In this document: positions 8,849 to 18,086 of the stretch, in pieces
Layout of the letters: every line of letters begins with the position of its first letter
Numbering within the stretch: position 1 is the first letter of the stretch
DNA from: Spirochaetia bacterium
GTDB lineage: Bacteria; Spirochaetota; Spirochaetia; CADAEX01
Direction: 5' to 3'
NCBI GenBank assembly: GCA_963662795.1
Contig: OY759746.1
Span: 2,784,001-2,848,000, forward strand
DNA length: 64,000 bases
Program-made: the position numbers and the translations under genes
The notes under the pieces: model-generated
Database searches by the model: none
Told to the model about the DNA's origin: nothing
What the model saw: only the letters and a program-made list of their open reading frames with translations

Positions 8849-8881
8849 AAAAAAACCCGGCCTGTTAAGCGGCCGGGTTTT
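8849..8881 (-). terminator. Intrinsic terminator of flaB (potentially bidirectional)
   Basis: AAAAAAACCCGGCC-tgttaagc-GGCCGGGTTTT. Confidence 0.88.
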
Positions 8882-8920
8882 CAGAAATATTATTTCAATT
8901 CTGAATTCAGTTTTCCCTTT

Positions 8921-9793
8921 TTACTGGAAAAGCTGCATAACAGACTGGCTCTTCTGGTTAGCCTGGGCAAGCATTGCAGTTGAAGCCTGTATAAGGATCT
9001 GGTTTTTGACAAAGTCAACCATTTCCCTTGCCATGTCGGTATCCCTGATTCTTGATTCAGCGGCCTGAAGGTTTTCAGAACCGACAGCAAGACCCTTAAC
9101 AGCGTGGTCAAGCCTGTTCTGGTAAGCGCCGAGATCTGCTCTCTGCTTGTTTACCTTCTGAAGAGCGGAATCTACAAGAGCAATAGCCATATTCGCCCTG
9201 TCCGGAGTGGAAAGGGAAATAAAGGTTGCAGAGCCCGGCATGCCTGACGGGCTCTGAATACCAAGGCCCTGGGCAGTCATTGTTCCGATGAAAATTCTTT
9301 CCCTCTGATCCATGTTTGCGCCGATATGGAGCCACATGCTTGCTGTAACAACGTTTTCACCTGTTTCCCTGGCAAACCTTCCTGTCATCATGTTAAGGCC
9401 GTTAAACTGTGCGTGTGAAGCAATTCTGTTTACTTCATCAACCAGCTGAGAAACCTCAACCTGTATCTGCATTCTGTCTTCTGCTGTGTAGATACCGTTT
9501 GATGCCTGGATTGCAAGTTCCCTTAATCTCTGGAGTATGTCCTGGGATTCCTGTAAATAACCTTCAGTAGACTGTATGAATGATATACCGTCCTGGGCAT
9601 TCTGTTCCGCCCTGTTGAGGCCCTTGATCTGGGATCTCATCTTTTCAGAAACAGCAAGCCCTGACGCATCATCGCCAGCCCTGTTGATTCTCATGCCGGA
9701 TGAGAGTTTTTCCATGTTTTTTTCAATGCCTAAATTGTTGAATTTCTGTGTCCGCGATGCGAACATTGCGCTTAGATTGTGGTTAATAACCAT
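8921..9793 (-). CDS. flaB: Flagellar filament core protein FlaB
   Basis: [67 protein letters not shown]. Confidence 0.98.
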   Translation of the reverse strand: MVINHNLSAMFASRTQKFNNLGIEKNMEKLSSGMRINRAGDDASGLAVSEKMRSQIKGLNRAEQNAQDGISFIQSTEGYLQESQDILQRLRELAIQASNGIYTAEDRMQIQVEVSQLVDEVNRIASHAQFNGLNMMTGRFARETGENVVTASMWLHIGANMDQRERIFIGTMTAQGLGIQSPSGMPGSATFISLSTPDRANMAIALVDSALQKVNKQRADLGAYQNRLDHAVKGLAVGSENLQAAESRIRDTDMAREMVDFVKNQILIQASTAMLAQANQKSQSVMQLFQ

Positions 9794-9814
9794 CATATCC
9801 TCCTTGATATTAAA

Positions 9815-9832
9815 GCAGACATCCTTGTCTGC
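9815..9832 (-). promoter_or_regulatory. CsrA-type binding hairpin in flaB leader
   Basis: mRNA GCAGACA-AGGA-UGUCUGC: perfect 7-bp stem with GGA in the loop; further GGA motifs in the SD (CAAGGAGGAU). Confidence 0.8.
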
Positions 9833-9845
9833 CGTTCTACTATCT

Positions 9846-9872
9846 CTTTCGGGATATTAAAAAAATCCTTTA
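9846..9872 (-). promoter_or_regulatory. sigma28 (FliA) promoter of flaB
   Basis: Minus strand TAAA-N15-CCCGAAAG versus consensus TAAA-N15-GCCGATAA. Confidence 0.75.
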
Positions 9873-9944
9873 GTAAAAAAAGAATATATATTAGACTTTT
9901 TAAATCAGATCAGCAAATTTGACAAAACAGCCAATCAGGGGAAT

Positions 9945-10595
9945 ATGGTGAAAGGAATTTTATTTACGGGAGGGGAGGGACCTTCCCTTTCAGAAGAAGT
10001 TGCGGAAATCCTGAAGGATGCCTCACTGACAGCAGCCGCAGATTCCGGATTCGAATTAGCGCAAAAAATCGGGATTAAACCTGATTTTATACTTGGTGAT
10101 ATGGATTCCATAAAAAATGCCGAAAATATATTAAGGGATTATCCGGAAGAAAGAATAATCCGGTATAAATCTGAAAAAGATTATACAGATACCGAGCTTG
10201 GATTTGATTTTCTTGCTGAAAAAGGGTGCCGTCCGATTATAATTGCCGGCGGCTGGGGAGGAAGGACAGATCACTTTATTGGTATTTTTTATCTCTTTTT
10301 CAGGGATATTCACCCCGATATATGGATAATGAAAGATGAAACTGCTATCAGTGTTGAAGGCACTTTCTCCATGAATACATCCGCAGGTGAAATTATATCA
10401 CTTTTTCCTGTTTCCAGGGGTGTCTGCAGGATGAAGAGCCGCGGCCTTAAATGGGAACTTGATTCACTGAATTGGATATCCGGAGATTGCGGAATAAGCA
10501 ATGTTGCGCTTGGCAGCCGCATTGAAATTGAAATGAAAGAGGGACGGCTTTTGCTGATAAAAAGAACGTCACGATATAAGCCAGAGGGCATATAA
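9945..10595 (+). CDS. thiN: Thiamine diphosphokinase
   Basis: AADSG, PDFILGDMDSI, EKDYTDTEL, GGRTDH, GLKWEL, GISN. Confidence 0.93.
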   Translation: MVKGILFTGGEGPSLSEEVAEILKDASLTAAADSGFELAQKIGIKPDFILGDMDSIKNAENILRDYPEERIIRYKSEKDYTDTELGFDFLAEKGCRPIIIAGGWGGRTDHFIGIFYLFFRDIHPDIWIMKDETAISVEGTFSMNTSAGEIISLFPVSRGVCRMKSRGLKWELDSLNWISGDCGISNVALGSRIEIEMKEGRLLLIKRTSRYKPEGI

Positions 10596-12496
10596 TGGTT
10601 AAAAATGTATTTGATGAGATGTCTTCCTCCATATCCGACAGGGAGAGGAAGGATCTGCTTAAAAAAATCAACAGGAGTATGAATCTTAAAACCGGTACGG
10701 ATGAAAGTATTTATCATGTTGATGTTTCGAAAGAAGAAAAAGATAAATTCTTAAGAAATGAAATAGAATCTCTTGGTTTTTTTGCAAGATTGATTTTGAA
10801 ACTGAAAAAAATATTTTCCGGCAGATCTGAAGAAACTATTTATAATTCAATGAAGTTCAATCAGCTTAAAAAAGCAATAACCAAAAAAGCCCCCGGAATT
10901 ACATTTTTTGAGACAAGAACTATTTCAAAATCATTTGCTGAAATTGTATATAAGCTCTATTTGACAATACTTCCGCTCAGGGAGCTTTTTGAAGATTTCT
11001 GGGCTCAGGGCGATACCTTTAACAAGGTGCTGACTGAGCTGATAAATTCCAGAATGACAGATTCAGTTAAAAATGTGGACGATCTTTTAACTGATGATGA
11101 AGCTGAAAAAGTACTGTTTGAAAAAGAGACCAAATCTGCCGTAAAAGAAGAAATACTCAAAAAATTCAACAGCCATATCAAGGATATTCCTGATGAGATA
11201 TTTTTTGAAATGGAAGATGAAATACTCCCGCTTTATTATTTCAGGCCGGTAATTTGTTTTCCATATCTTCAGTTTCTTAAAAGTTTCGGATTTAACCCTT
11301 ATTCGGAAAACAGCTCCTATAATTTCAAAAATGCTTCAATTCTTGCCTGTATTGATGAAATGGAAAAATTCTATTATGCGGTGTACATGGTTTTGAAGGT
11401 AATAAAACCGGTAAAAATCAATTCTCTTATAGGAAGACATTTTTATAAATTTACTGAAGGTGAAGATAATTTCAATGAACAGGTGCAGGCAGAAAGCATT
11501 GAGTCAGATGAAAATGACATTGTAAAGGAACTGGAGGACAAGCTTTCCACGGGAGAAAGCGGAGAAACAGATGACGTCCCTGCCGCTCAGGGTGAGGCCG
11601 GGGAAAACGGGGATAAAAGCGAAGAAGAAAAGCTTAAATGGTTTTATTTAAAAATGAATGAAATCCATGATGAGTGCAGAAGAATCAGTAAAAAAGTACC
11701 TCTTGTAGAGCTTATAAAGTACTACAGAAATGATTATTACTACAAACTTGCATTCTATATACCCAAATTAAGGCTTAAGGATTTCTATTTTGCAAATCTG
11801 AAGATAAAAATGCTTGAACAGGTAAACTCCAAATATGTAAAGGCAAGAAATCAGCTGATTGAAAAAAATATTGATAAATTTTTCAAAGGGCGGAAGATGA
11901 AGAAATTCATGCATTTTAGAATCTACACAAGCTTTGATTATGAAAAAATGGGATTGAGTTATTTTTCGCATCTGAAAAGCATGGAATTGCTCAATAATTA
12001 CCTTATTCATTATTATAATCCGAATCTCCGTCATATTATTGATCTTATGACAAGAACAGTGCTTGCTCAGGATAAGATTACCGCAAACACAATAATGATG
12101 CAGATATCAACAATTGACGATTCGTTTGTAAAGATACAGGATTTTGATAATTCGCTGAGTCCCGAGATGGAAGACGGAAAAATGTTCCTGCGGCTGAGAT
12201 ATGGTCTTGGAAATGATACTGCCTATTTAAAGATGTATAAAACTTTTACTTTGCAGAAGGACAAGATCTGCCAGGAGATTACCCAGAAAACCCTTGAAGC
12301 ATTTGATATTGTCATCAAAAATTTCTCAGAACTGCTTAACTCTTCCCTGTATGAAGTGAGAAACTCTCTTGCAGCAATTTATACAATCAATGGCAAGTCA
12401 AAGCCATACCGGGAATATCTTTCTGAAACTGTTGAAAACATCAAGTATTTTAAAGGACTAATTATTCAGCTCCTGAAACTTGAGGGCGGCGGCTGA
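10595..12496 (+). CDS. Conserved spirochaete hypothetical protein (DUF5312-like)
   Basis: 633-aa helical protein with an acidic insert, coupled to thiN by a TAATG overlap; family recalled, not searched. Confidence 0.6.
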   Translation: MVKNVFDEMSSSISDRERKDLLKKINRSMNLKTGTDESIYHVDVSKEEKDKFLRNEIESLGFFARLILKLKKIFSGRSEETIYNSMKFNQLKKAITKKAPGITFFETRTISKSFAEIVYKLYLTILPLRELFEDFWAQGDTFNKVLTELINSRMTDSVKNVDDLLTDDEAEKVLFEKETKSAVKEEILKKFNSHIKDIPDEIFFEMEDEILPLYYFRPVICFPYLQFLKSFGFNPYSENSSYNFKNASILACIDEMEKFYYAVYMVLKVIKPVKINSLIGRHFYKFTEGEDNFNEQVQAESIESDENDIVKELEDKLSTGESGETDDVPAAQGEAGENGDKSEEEKLKWFYLKMNEIHDECRRISKKVPLVELIKYYRNDYYYKLAFYIPKLRLKDFYFANLKIKMLEQVNSKYVKARNQLIEKNIDKFFKGRKMKKFMHFRIYTSFDYEKMGLSYFSHLKSMELLNNYLIHYYNPNLRHIIDLMTRTVLAQDKITANTIMMQISTIDDSFVKIQDFDNSLSPEMEDGKMFLRLRYGLGNDTAYLKMYKTFTLQKDKICQEITQKTLEAFDIVIKNFSELLNSSLYEVRNSLAAIYTINGKSKPYREYLSETVENIKYFKGLIIQLLKLEGGG

Positions 12497-12962
12497 ACTC
12501 TTCCTTAAGCTTTTCGCATGTTTCAACAGGATTTTCAACAAGAACTTTCTGTCCCGCAATAAGGTCGACGATGCCTGCCTCTCCCGGGTAGCGTGGGATT
12601 ACATGGAGATGAAGATGCTCTATAGAAGCGCCGGCAATGCGCCCCATATTGTATCCTATGTTGTAGCCGTGCGGCTTATAAACCCTTTCAAGAATATCAA
12701 GACACATCTTCTGTGTTTCACAGAGTTTGCATGATTCATCATGCGACAGGGCTCTGATGTCTGTTACATGCCTGTTCGGGAAAATTATAATATGCCCGGG
12801 ATTGTATGGATACAGATTGACGGCAACTGTAAAAAAGCCTGTTTCATACACTTTGAGGTTTACTGTTTTATCTGAATTATCACGGACCAGGCACAGAATA
12901 CAGCCTTCCGGCTTTTTCCCTTCAAGATAGGCAATTTTATCAAAGTTAATAAAGTATGACAT
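12462..12962 (-). CDS. HIT family protein (Ap4A phosphorylase/Fhit-like)
   Basis: CILC, NLYPYNPGH, GYNIGYNMGRIAGASIEHLHLHVIPR. Confidence 0.92.
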   Translation of the reverse strand: MSYFINFDKIAYLEGKKPEGCILCLVRDNSDKTVNLKVYETGFFTVAVNLYPYNPGHIIIFPNRHVTDIRALSHDESCKLCETQKMCLDILERVYKPHGYNIGYNMGRIAGASIEHLHLHVIPRYPGEAGIVDLIAGQKVLVENPVETCEKLKEEFSRRPQVSGAE

Positions 12963-13828
12963 TATTGGCCATCCGGTTTTTTTATGTTTGCCTTTATAAT
13001 ATCAATATCAGGGTTGATTTTAAGATATTCAAGCAGAATAGGGTACTTTGTAAGCAGCTGTCCGTATTTTTCAAGAATATCAAGCCTTTTGGCAAGGTCT
13101 GTTTCAAACGCGGCTGACTTGATTTCTGAATCAAGCATCTGCTTCTTTTTGATGGAGGATATCTCGTCATACTGATCCATTGCTTTTCTGTAGAGCCTTA
13201 AATCCGGAAAGCTGATATTTTGAATTTCAATTTCAACCTGCTTTATATTGTCCGCTTTTTCAAAAATTTCAGCGCTCAATGCTTCTTTTGAAAAAATTTC
13301 CTTTGATGGATCAATAATTTCATCAGTACCGGAAATTATATAGCTGACAGCATTGTCTATGTGGTTTCTCAGGGTAAGTTCAATTTGAGTATCTGTCATT
13401 TCATGGATTGCTTTTGTTTTTTCAGGATCAATAACAGCATCTGATTGTTCTTCTGATGTGATATTGACTATAAAATCATGGATAAAAGTATCTTCAAGTT
13501 TGTATGAAGCTGTCATCGAAGCCGTCCAGGTGAAGTCCGGGCTGCCGGGGAAGGCTGCCGATAAAGTATCTGCTGAAGGAAGTTTCCCTTTCAATGAAAA
13601 CTCTGTTTTCCTGCTGCCGGTATTTACAAGATAAATTTTCGAGTTCCCCGGAATAAGTTTCTGCCATCTCCAGTGGAATTCACCTGTCTGCATAAGAGTT
13701 TCTTCATATCCGGTAATTGAAGAGAAAAACACTGCGGAATTATTTTCAGGCACTCTGACCCAGCCGAAATATAGGACAGCAACTGCTGCGGCAGCGAGGA
13801 GAAACATGAAAAATAAAAATTTTTTCAT
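12962..13828 (-). CDS. Membrane-anchored hypothetical protein, SPFH/band-7-like
   Basis: N-terminal TM, then GWVRVPEN...GEFHWRWQKLIP...EIQNISFPD and a coiled coil. Confidence 0.55.
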   Translation of the reverse strand: MKKFLFFMFLLAAAAVAVLYFGWVRVPENNSAVFFSSITGYEETLMQTGEFHWRWQKLIPGNSKIYLVNTGSRKTEFSLKGKLPSADTLSAAFPGSPDFTWTASMTASYKLEDTFIHDFIVNITSEEQSDAVIDPEKTKAIHEMTDTQIELTLRNHIDNAVSYIISGTDEIIDPSKEIFSKEALSAEIFEKADNIKQVEIEIQNISFPDLRLYRKAMDQYDEISSIKKKQMLDSEIKSAAFETDLAKRLDILEKYGQLLTKYPILLEYLKINPDIDIIKANIKKPDGQ

Positions 13829-13841
13829 TGCACAACTCCAT

Positions 13842-14750
13842 TTATAAATTTAAAACAGCCCGTAGACTGCAAAGTTCTGTAATTACATAATCCGGCTTTA
13901 TGCCGGACAATTCCGTGTTGTTTTCCCTCAGCCGGAGAGATCGTCTGTCTCCCGCAAAAAGGCATGTCTGCATTCCGGCTGTAAATGCGGTTTTTATGTC
14001 ATTAAGCATATCATTGCCTATGTAAAGCACCTCATCAGCGGAAATGTTTTTTTCCTTTTTAAGCCATAAAGAAGCTTTTTCAAACATATCAATACCTGGT
14101 TTTGCAGTTCCTGTTTCATAGGAATAGTAACAGATCCCGGGGTTAAAACCAAGCTGCGGGGCAGTTATTCCCAGATATGCTTCAAAAAGAAGCCTTGTAT
14201 AAAACTGGGCATTTGAAATAATTCCCATAATCAGCCCTTTTTCCCTGATATACGATAATGTTTCTGCAAGACCGGGCATAGGCCATGTCCTGTTGGCTAT
14301 AGACTCGTAGACAACAGCAATCTCCTCTATCTTTTCCTTTGTCGCTGCAAGACCAAGCTGGCTGAGTGTTATATCCCAGATATCCCTTATTTCAACCTCG
14401 GGGTTTTTATTACCTATCTTTTTTTCATCCGCGTGTTTGTCGGCAATTGCCCTGTAAAAAATATCCCTTATGGAATTCCGTCCATCCCCTTTTATCAGTT
14501 CCGCATCTGTCAGTCCGCACAACTTTAAAGCCTTGCTGAAAAGATGTGAGTCCGGGACAGTTTTCGAGGTTGAAATATCACCAGCCTCTGAAATAAAGAG
14601 TGTCCCGTATAAATCAAACAGCACAGCCCTTACCGGCGGCTTTTTTTCCCGATTGGATTGTTCAGCTGAAGCAGAAACAGAAGCCGGAACAGGAACAGGT
14701 TCAAGATAAGCGCTGAAGCTGCTTATTATTTCCGGAAGTGTCATTTCCAT
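13842..14750 (-). CDS. HAD family hydrolase
   Basis: AVLFDLYGTL, GIISNAQ, KP, YIGNDMLNDI. Confidence 0.9.
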   Translation of the reverse strand: MEMTLPEIISSFSAYLEPVPVPASVSASAEQSNREKKPPVRAVLFDLYGTLFISEAGDISTSKTVPDSHLFSKALKLCGLTDAELIKGDGRNSIRDIFYRAIADKHADEKKIGNKNPEVEIRDIWDITLSQLGLAATKEKIEEIAVVYESIANRTWPMPGLAETLSYIREKGLIMGIISNAQFYTRLLFEAYLGITAPQLGFNPGICYYSYETGTAKPGIDMFEKASLWLKKEKNISADEVLYIGNDMLNDIKTAFTAGMQTCLFAGDRRSLRLRENNTELSGIKPDYVITELCSLRAVLNL

Positions 14751-14756
14751 GCCTTG

Positions 14757-14786
14757 ATTTTACGATATATCACCGGCATCAGGCAA
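14757..14786 (-). promoter_or_regulatory. Putative sigma70 promoter, leaderless geometry
   Basis: TTGCCT-N18-TAAAAT-caaggc-ATG. Confidence 0.55.
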
Positions 14787-14839
14787 CAATAAAGAGCATC
14801 AGCATCTTTAAAAATTGTTGTTTTAGGCATATTATATAA

Positions 14840-15172
14840 ATGATGATTGATTTAACTAGAAAATGGTTTTTCCGCGCATCCGAGAAAATCCTGATTTTTT
14901 TATTCTTTATCCATTTATTTGTATTTACACTCTATATTTCAGGAAATTTTCAATCCTTTCTTGATTCAACACAGATAATGCTGCTTAATATCACAGTCGG
15001 GGCAGCTATAATACTTTTTACGTCTTCAATAGTATATGGAAGCGTACTTGTCTTGTCCGGAGCTGGAAGAAAAAAACACCTGACAGGTAAATATATCTTT
15101 TTTCTGGCATCACTGCTTATAAGTGCAGCCGTTTTTGCACTTTCGAAAATTATTCTTGTCTGGTCAGGCTGA
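14840..15172 (+). CDS. Small membrane protein (3 TM), function unknown
   Basis: Three hydrophobic segments; GNFQSFLDSTQ loop. Confidence 0.7.
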   Translation: MMIDLTRKWFFRASEKILIFLFFIHLFVFTLYISGNFQSFLDSTQIMLLNITVGAAIILFTSSIVYGSVLVLSGAGRKKHLTGKYIFFLASLLISAAVFALSKIILVWSG

Positions 15173-15263
15173 TTTCCCTTACCGTAATACAATTCAATAT
15201 CGATAATCTTTATATAATGAAACCATTTATCCTGTTTACTCCTGCCGTTTCTGAGGACGCTGA

Positions 15264-16061
15264 TTGAAAAAAAATATTATGCTTAAAACCAGTCTTGATG
15301 TTATGCATATCCGCCGTCCATGCAGAATAGTTGAAGAACTTCTCCTTTCTCTACCCGGAATAATAAAACCTGGAATTAAAACCATTGATATTGACAGCTA
15401 TGCCCGTGATTTTATTGAAAGCAGACATGGAGTGCCGGCCCTGAAAGGCTACAAAGGATTTCCCGGAAATGTATGCATATCTGTAAATAATGTTGCGGCT
15501 CACGGTATCGGGTGCGGCTATGAGCTTGAGGAGGGAGATATTGTAACTGTTGACACAACAGTAGAAGTAAACGGCTGGTATGGGGACGGAGCATGGACAT
15601 ATATTGCAGGCGTTGGAACACCGGAAAAAAAAAGGCTTGTAAAGGCAGCCTGGAAAGCCATGATGGCCGGTATATCAGAAACTGTTTCCGGTAAACGGCT
15701 TGGAGATATTGGGAACGCTGTGGAAAAAACCGCAAGGAGGTATGGATGCCGGGTAATTGAGGATCTTGCCGGACATGGTATTGGAAGAGACATCCACGAA
15801 GAGCCGGTAGTTCTTAATGTAGGGAAAAAGGGACAGGGGCTGCCTGTTGTCCCTGGACTGGTAATAACAATTGAGCCGATTCTTACGCTTGGTACCAAAG
15901 ATATCCACATTCATACTGATAAATGGTCAATAATAACAGGTGATAATAATCTGACGGCACAGTTTGAATGTACGCTTGCCGTATTTTCAAATCATACTGA
16001 CGTCCTCACCTTAAACAGCATAAATTTGGAAAAGTATATTGACTTTCCGCCGATGTTTTAA
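15264..16061 (+). CDS. map: Type I methionine aminopeptidase
   Basis: GYKGFP..VCISVN..AAHG, TVD...GWYGD, GHGIG..IHEEP, TIEP, QFE; metal ligands present. Confidence 0.93.
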   Translation: MKKNIMLKTSLDVMHIRRPCRIVEELLLSLPGIIKPGIKTIDIDSYARDFIESRHGVPALKGYKGFPGNVCISVNNVAAHGIGCGYELEEGDIVTVDTTVEVNGWYGDGAWTYIAGVGTPEKKRLVKAAWKAMMAGISETVSGKRLGDIGNAVEKTARRYGCRVIEDLAGHGIGRDIHEEPVVLNVGKKGQGLPVVPGLVITIEPILTLGTKDIHIHTDKWSIITGDNNLTAQFECTLAVFSNHTDVLTLNSINLEKYIDFPPMF

Positions 16062-16067
16062 TAATAT
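16039..16067 (+). promoter_or_regulatory. Putative sigma70 promoter for the tRNA genes
   Basis: TTGACT-N17-TAATAT overlapping the end of map. Confidence 0.5.
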
Positions 16068-16109
16068 CGACCACGTTATTTATCCCGGATAAAAACAGGA
16101 TATTTATTT

Positions 16110-16183
16110 GCCGCCTTAGCTCAGCTGGCCAGAGCACGTGACTTGTAATCTCGGGGTCGTCAGTTCAAATCTGACAGGCGGCT
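16110..16183 (+). tRNA. tRNA-Thr(TGT), CCA not encoded
   Basis: Acceptor GCCGCCT/AGGCGGC, D stem GCTC/GAGC, loop CTTGTAA, T arm GTCAG-TTCAAAT-CTGAC. Confidence 0.95.
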
Positions 16184-16246
16184 AAAAAGTTTTACTGCGG
16201 TTGTTGACTTTTAACAGCAACTCTGTTTAACTATCTTAACTAAATA

Positions 16247-16328
16247 GGGGAGATTCCCGAGCGGCCAAAGGGGGCAGACTGTAAATCTGTTGGCTACGCC
16301 TTCGAAGGTTCGAATCCTTCTCTCCCCA
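16247..16328 (+). tRNA. tRNA-Tyr(GTA), CCA not encoded
   Basis: Acceptor GGGGAGA/TCTCCCC, anticodon loop CTGTAAA, long variable arm, GAAGG-TTCGAAT-CCTTC. Confidence 0.97.
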
Positions 16329-16329
16329 T

Positions 16330-16357
16330 AACCTTCCTGTCAAAAGGAAGGTTTTTT
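16330..16357 (+). terminator. Intrinsic terminator after the tRNAs
   Basis: AACCTTCCT-gtcaaa-AGGAAGGTT-TTTT. Confidence 0.85.
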
Positions 16358-16384
16358 ATTTATCAGGCAATTAAGGAAAGAATT

Positions 16385-16822
16385 ATGGATCAGCCATTTT
16401 ACAAAGACGGACTTGACTTCGAATGTACCAGGTGCTCAAGGTGCTGCAGGCATGATCCGGGTTATGTTTTTTTATCTGAAAATGATATTAAAAAACTTTC
16501 AAAAGTTATCGGAGTTGATAGAAAGGAATTCCTTGCCAGATACTGCAAGGTTGTAAATCTTGGAGGATTTATCAGAATCAGCCTTATCGAAAAAAGCAAT
16601 AATGACTGTATCCTCTGGGCGGATGGAGGATGCACTGTCTATAAATCAAGGCCGCTTCAGTGTATGACATATCCATTCTGGAGCTCATCCCTTAATTCCA
16701 GGGAGGATTGGGATGCCCTCTCCCGCAACTGCCCCGGAATAAACAGGGGCCGGCATTATACAGCCGCAGAAATTGAAGAAAAACTGATGCTGAGAAAAAA
16801 AGAGCCCCTGTCTGAAGGTTGA
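16385..16822 (+). CDS. YkgJ family cysteine-cluster protein
   Basis: FECTRCSRCC, C......GCTVYKSRPLQCMTYPFW, CPGI. Confidence 0.92.
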   Translation: MDQPFYKDGLDFECTRCSRCCRHDPGYVFLSENDIKKLSKVIGVDRKEFLARYCKVVNLGGFIRISLIEKSNNDCILWADGGCTVYKSRPLQCMTYPFWSSSLNSREDWDALSRNCPGINRGRHYTAAEIEEKLMLRKKEPLSEG

Positions 16823-16876
16823 CCGGAAGAGGTGCTTAACGCAGGCCTTGAAACGGGTGTCTTAAAAATAAACAGA

Positions 16877-16904
16877 TTGACAAACAGTTCCTATACGATA
16901 AACT
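16877..16904 (+). promoter_or_regulatory. Putative sigma70 promoter
   Basis: TTGACA-N16-TAAACT. Confidence 0.55.
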
Positions 16905-16976
16905 ATATTTAAAAGTATTTTTATGCTATTTAAAATACAGTAATGCATTTTACAAGTATAAAATCAGGTATGGCAA

Positions 16977-17921
16977 ATGAGAATAAAATTCTGGGGTGTA
17001 AGAGGTTCTATTCCTGTACCGTTGACCAATAACCAGCTGCAAAGAAAAATATCTGCTGTTGTACAGCAGATAAAAGCTGAAGATCTTCGCTCTCCCGAAA
17101 CAAGGGAACTTTTTTTATCCCGGCTTCCTGATTATATCTTTACAACTGTCGGCGGCAACACAACCTGTATCCAGGTGACTTTGGCTGATGATACAATGAT
17201 AATATTTGATGCAGGATCAGGAATAAGGGAACTCGGCGCATCTCTTGCCAGACAGAACAGGCACATAAGGCATTATCATATCTTTTTTACCCATTTTCAC
17301 TGGGATCACATTCAGGGACTTCCTTTCTTTGCGCCTCAGGTCTATAATTCCGATTGTTCCATTACGTTTTACAGTCCGCTTCAAAACCTTAGGGAAATCC
17401 TTTCATATCAGATGAAACCTCCCTATTTCCCGATTACAATGGATTTATTCAGTGCAAAAATTAATTATGTTGTACTTCCGCCGGAAGGGATTAGTTTTGG
17501 AAATGCAAAGCTTACATACCGCGGTGTAAACCACCCCGGCGGATGCTTTTCGTATAAAGTGTCTGAAAACGGACGGAATTTTATTTTTTCCACAGATACG
17601 GAGCTCCGGGAAGGGGATTTTATAAAGAATAATGATACATGCAATTTCTACAATAATACATCCATGCTTGTCCTTGATACCCAGTATACCCTGGACGAGG
17701 CTATTGACAAATATGACTGGGGGCATACTTCTTTCAGTCTCGGTGTAGATTTCGCGGCTGAATGGAGAGTTGAAAAACTCGCACTTTTCCATCACGAACC
17801 GCTTTACGAAGACAGGAAAATTTATGATATTTTAGATAAAGCCCGGTGGTATGCTGAAAACCTGTATAATTATAGTCCTCAGTTGCTTGTAGCGCGTGAA
17901 GGGCTTGAATTAGAGGTATAA
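16977..17921 (+). CDS. MBL-fold metallo-hydrolase
   Basis: FWGVRGSIP, GGNTTC, DAGSG, THFHWDHIQG, HPGG, STDTE, WGH, LFHHEP. Confidence 0.92.
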   Translation: MRIKFWGVRGSIPVPLTNNQLQRKISAVVQQIKAEDLRSPETRELFLSRLPDYIFTTVGGNTTCIQVTLADDTMIIFDAGSGIRELGASLARQNRHIRHYHIFFTHFHWDHIQGLPFFAPQVYNSDCSITFYSPLQNLREILSYQMKPPYFPITMDLFSAKINYVVLPPEGISFGNAKLTYRGVNHPGGCFSYKVSENGRNFIFSTDTELREGDFIKNNDTCNFYNNTSMLVLDTQYTLDEAIDKYDWGHTSFSLGVDFAAEWRVEKLALFHHEPLYEDRKIYDILDKARWYAENLYNYSPQLLVAREGLELEV

Positions 17922-17924
17922 ATT

Positions 17925-18086
17925 TTGGAATTAAAACAGGAAGAAAAAAGAGCTCTTTGCGTATTCCTCAGAAAACATGAACAGGAACTGTGCAGGGAGC
18001 TCTATTCCCTTAAATACCGTCTTGAAAAAGAGCTTTTCAATTCTCTCACAATTGAAGAAATCCAGGTACTTGATAAGCCAGTTTAA
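17925..18086 (+). CDS. 53-aa hypothetical protein (not in ORF track)
   Basis: TTG start after a GAGGT RBS: MELKQEEKRALCVFLRKHEQELCRELYSLKYRLEKELFNSLTIEEIQVLDKPV. Confidence 0.65.
   Translation: MELKQEEKRALCVFLRKHEQELCRELYSLKYRLEKELFNSLTIEEIQVLDKPV

Noticed and set aside
9873-9944. TPP riboswitch upstream of thiN
   Set aside because: Region is short and lacks the CTGAGA and ACCTG core motifs
16110-16183. T-T mismatch in the tRNA-Thr anticodon stem suggesting a pseudo-tRNA
   Set aside because: All other arms are perfect, and I recall similar mismatched tRNA-Thr(UGU) genes in other bacteria
16110-16360. tRNA pair as integration site of an island
   Set aside because: No integrase nearby and no duplicated tRNA 3' end seen in the window
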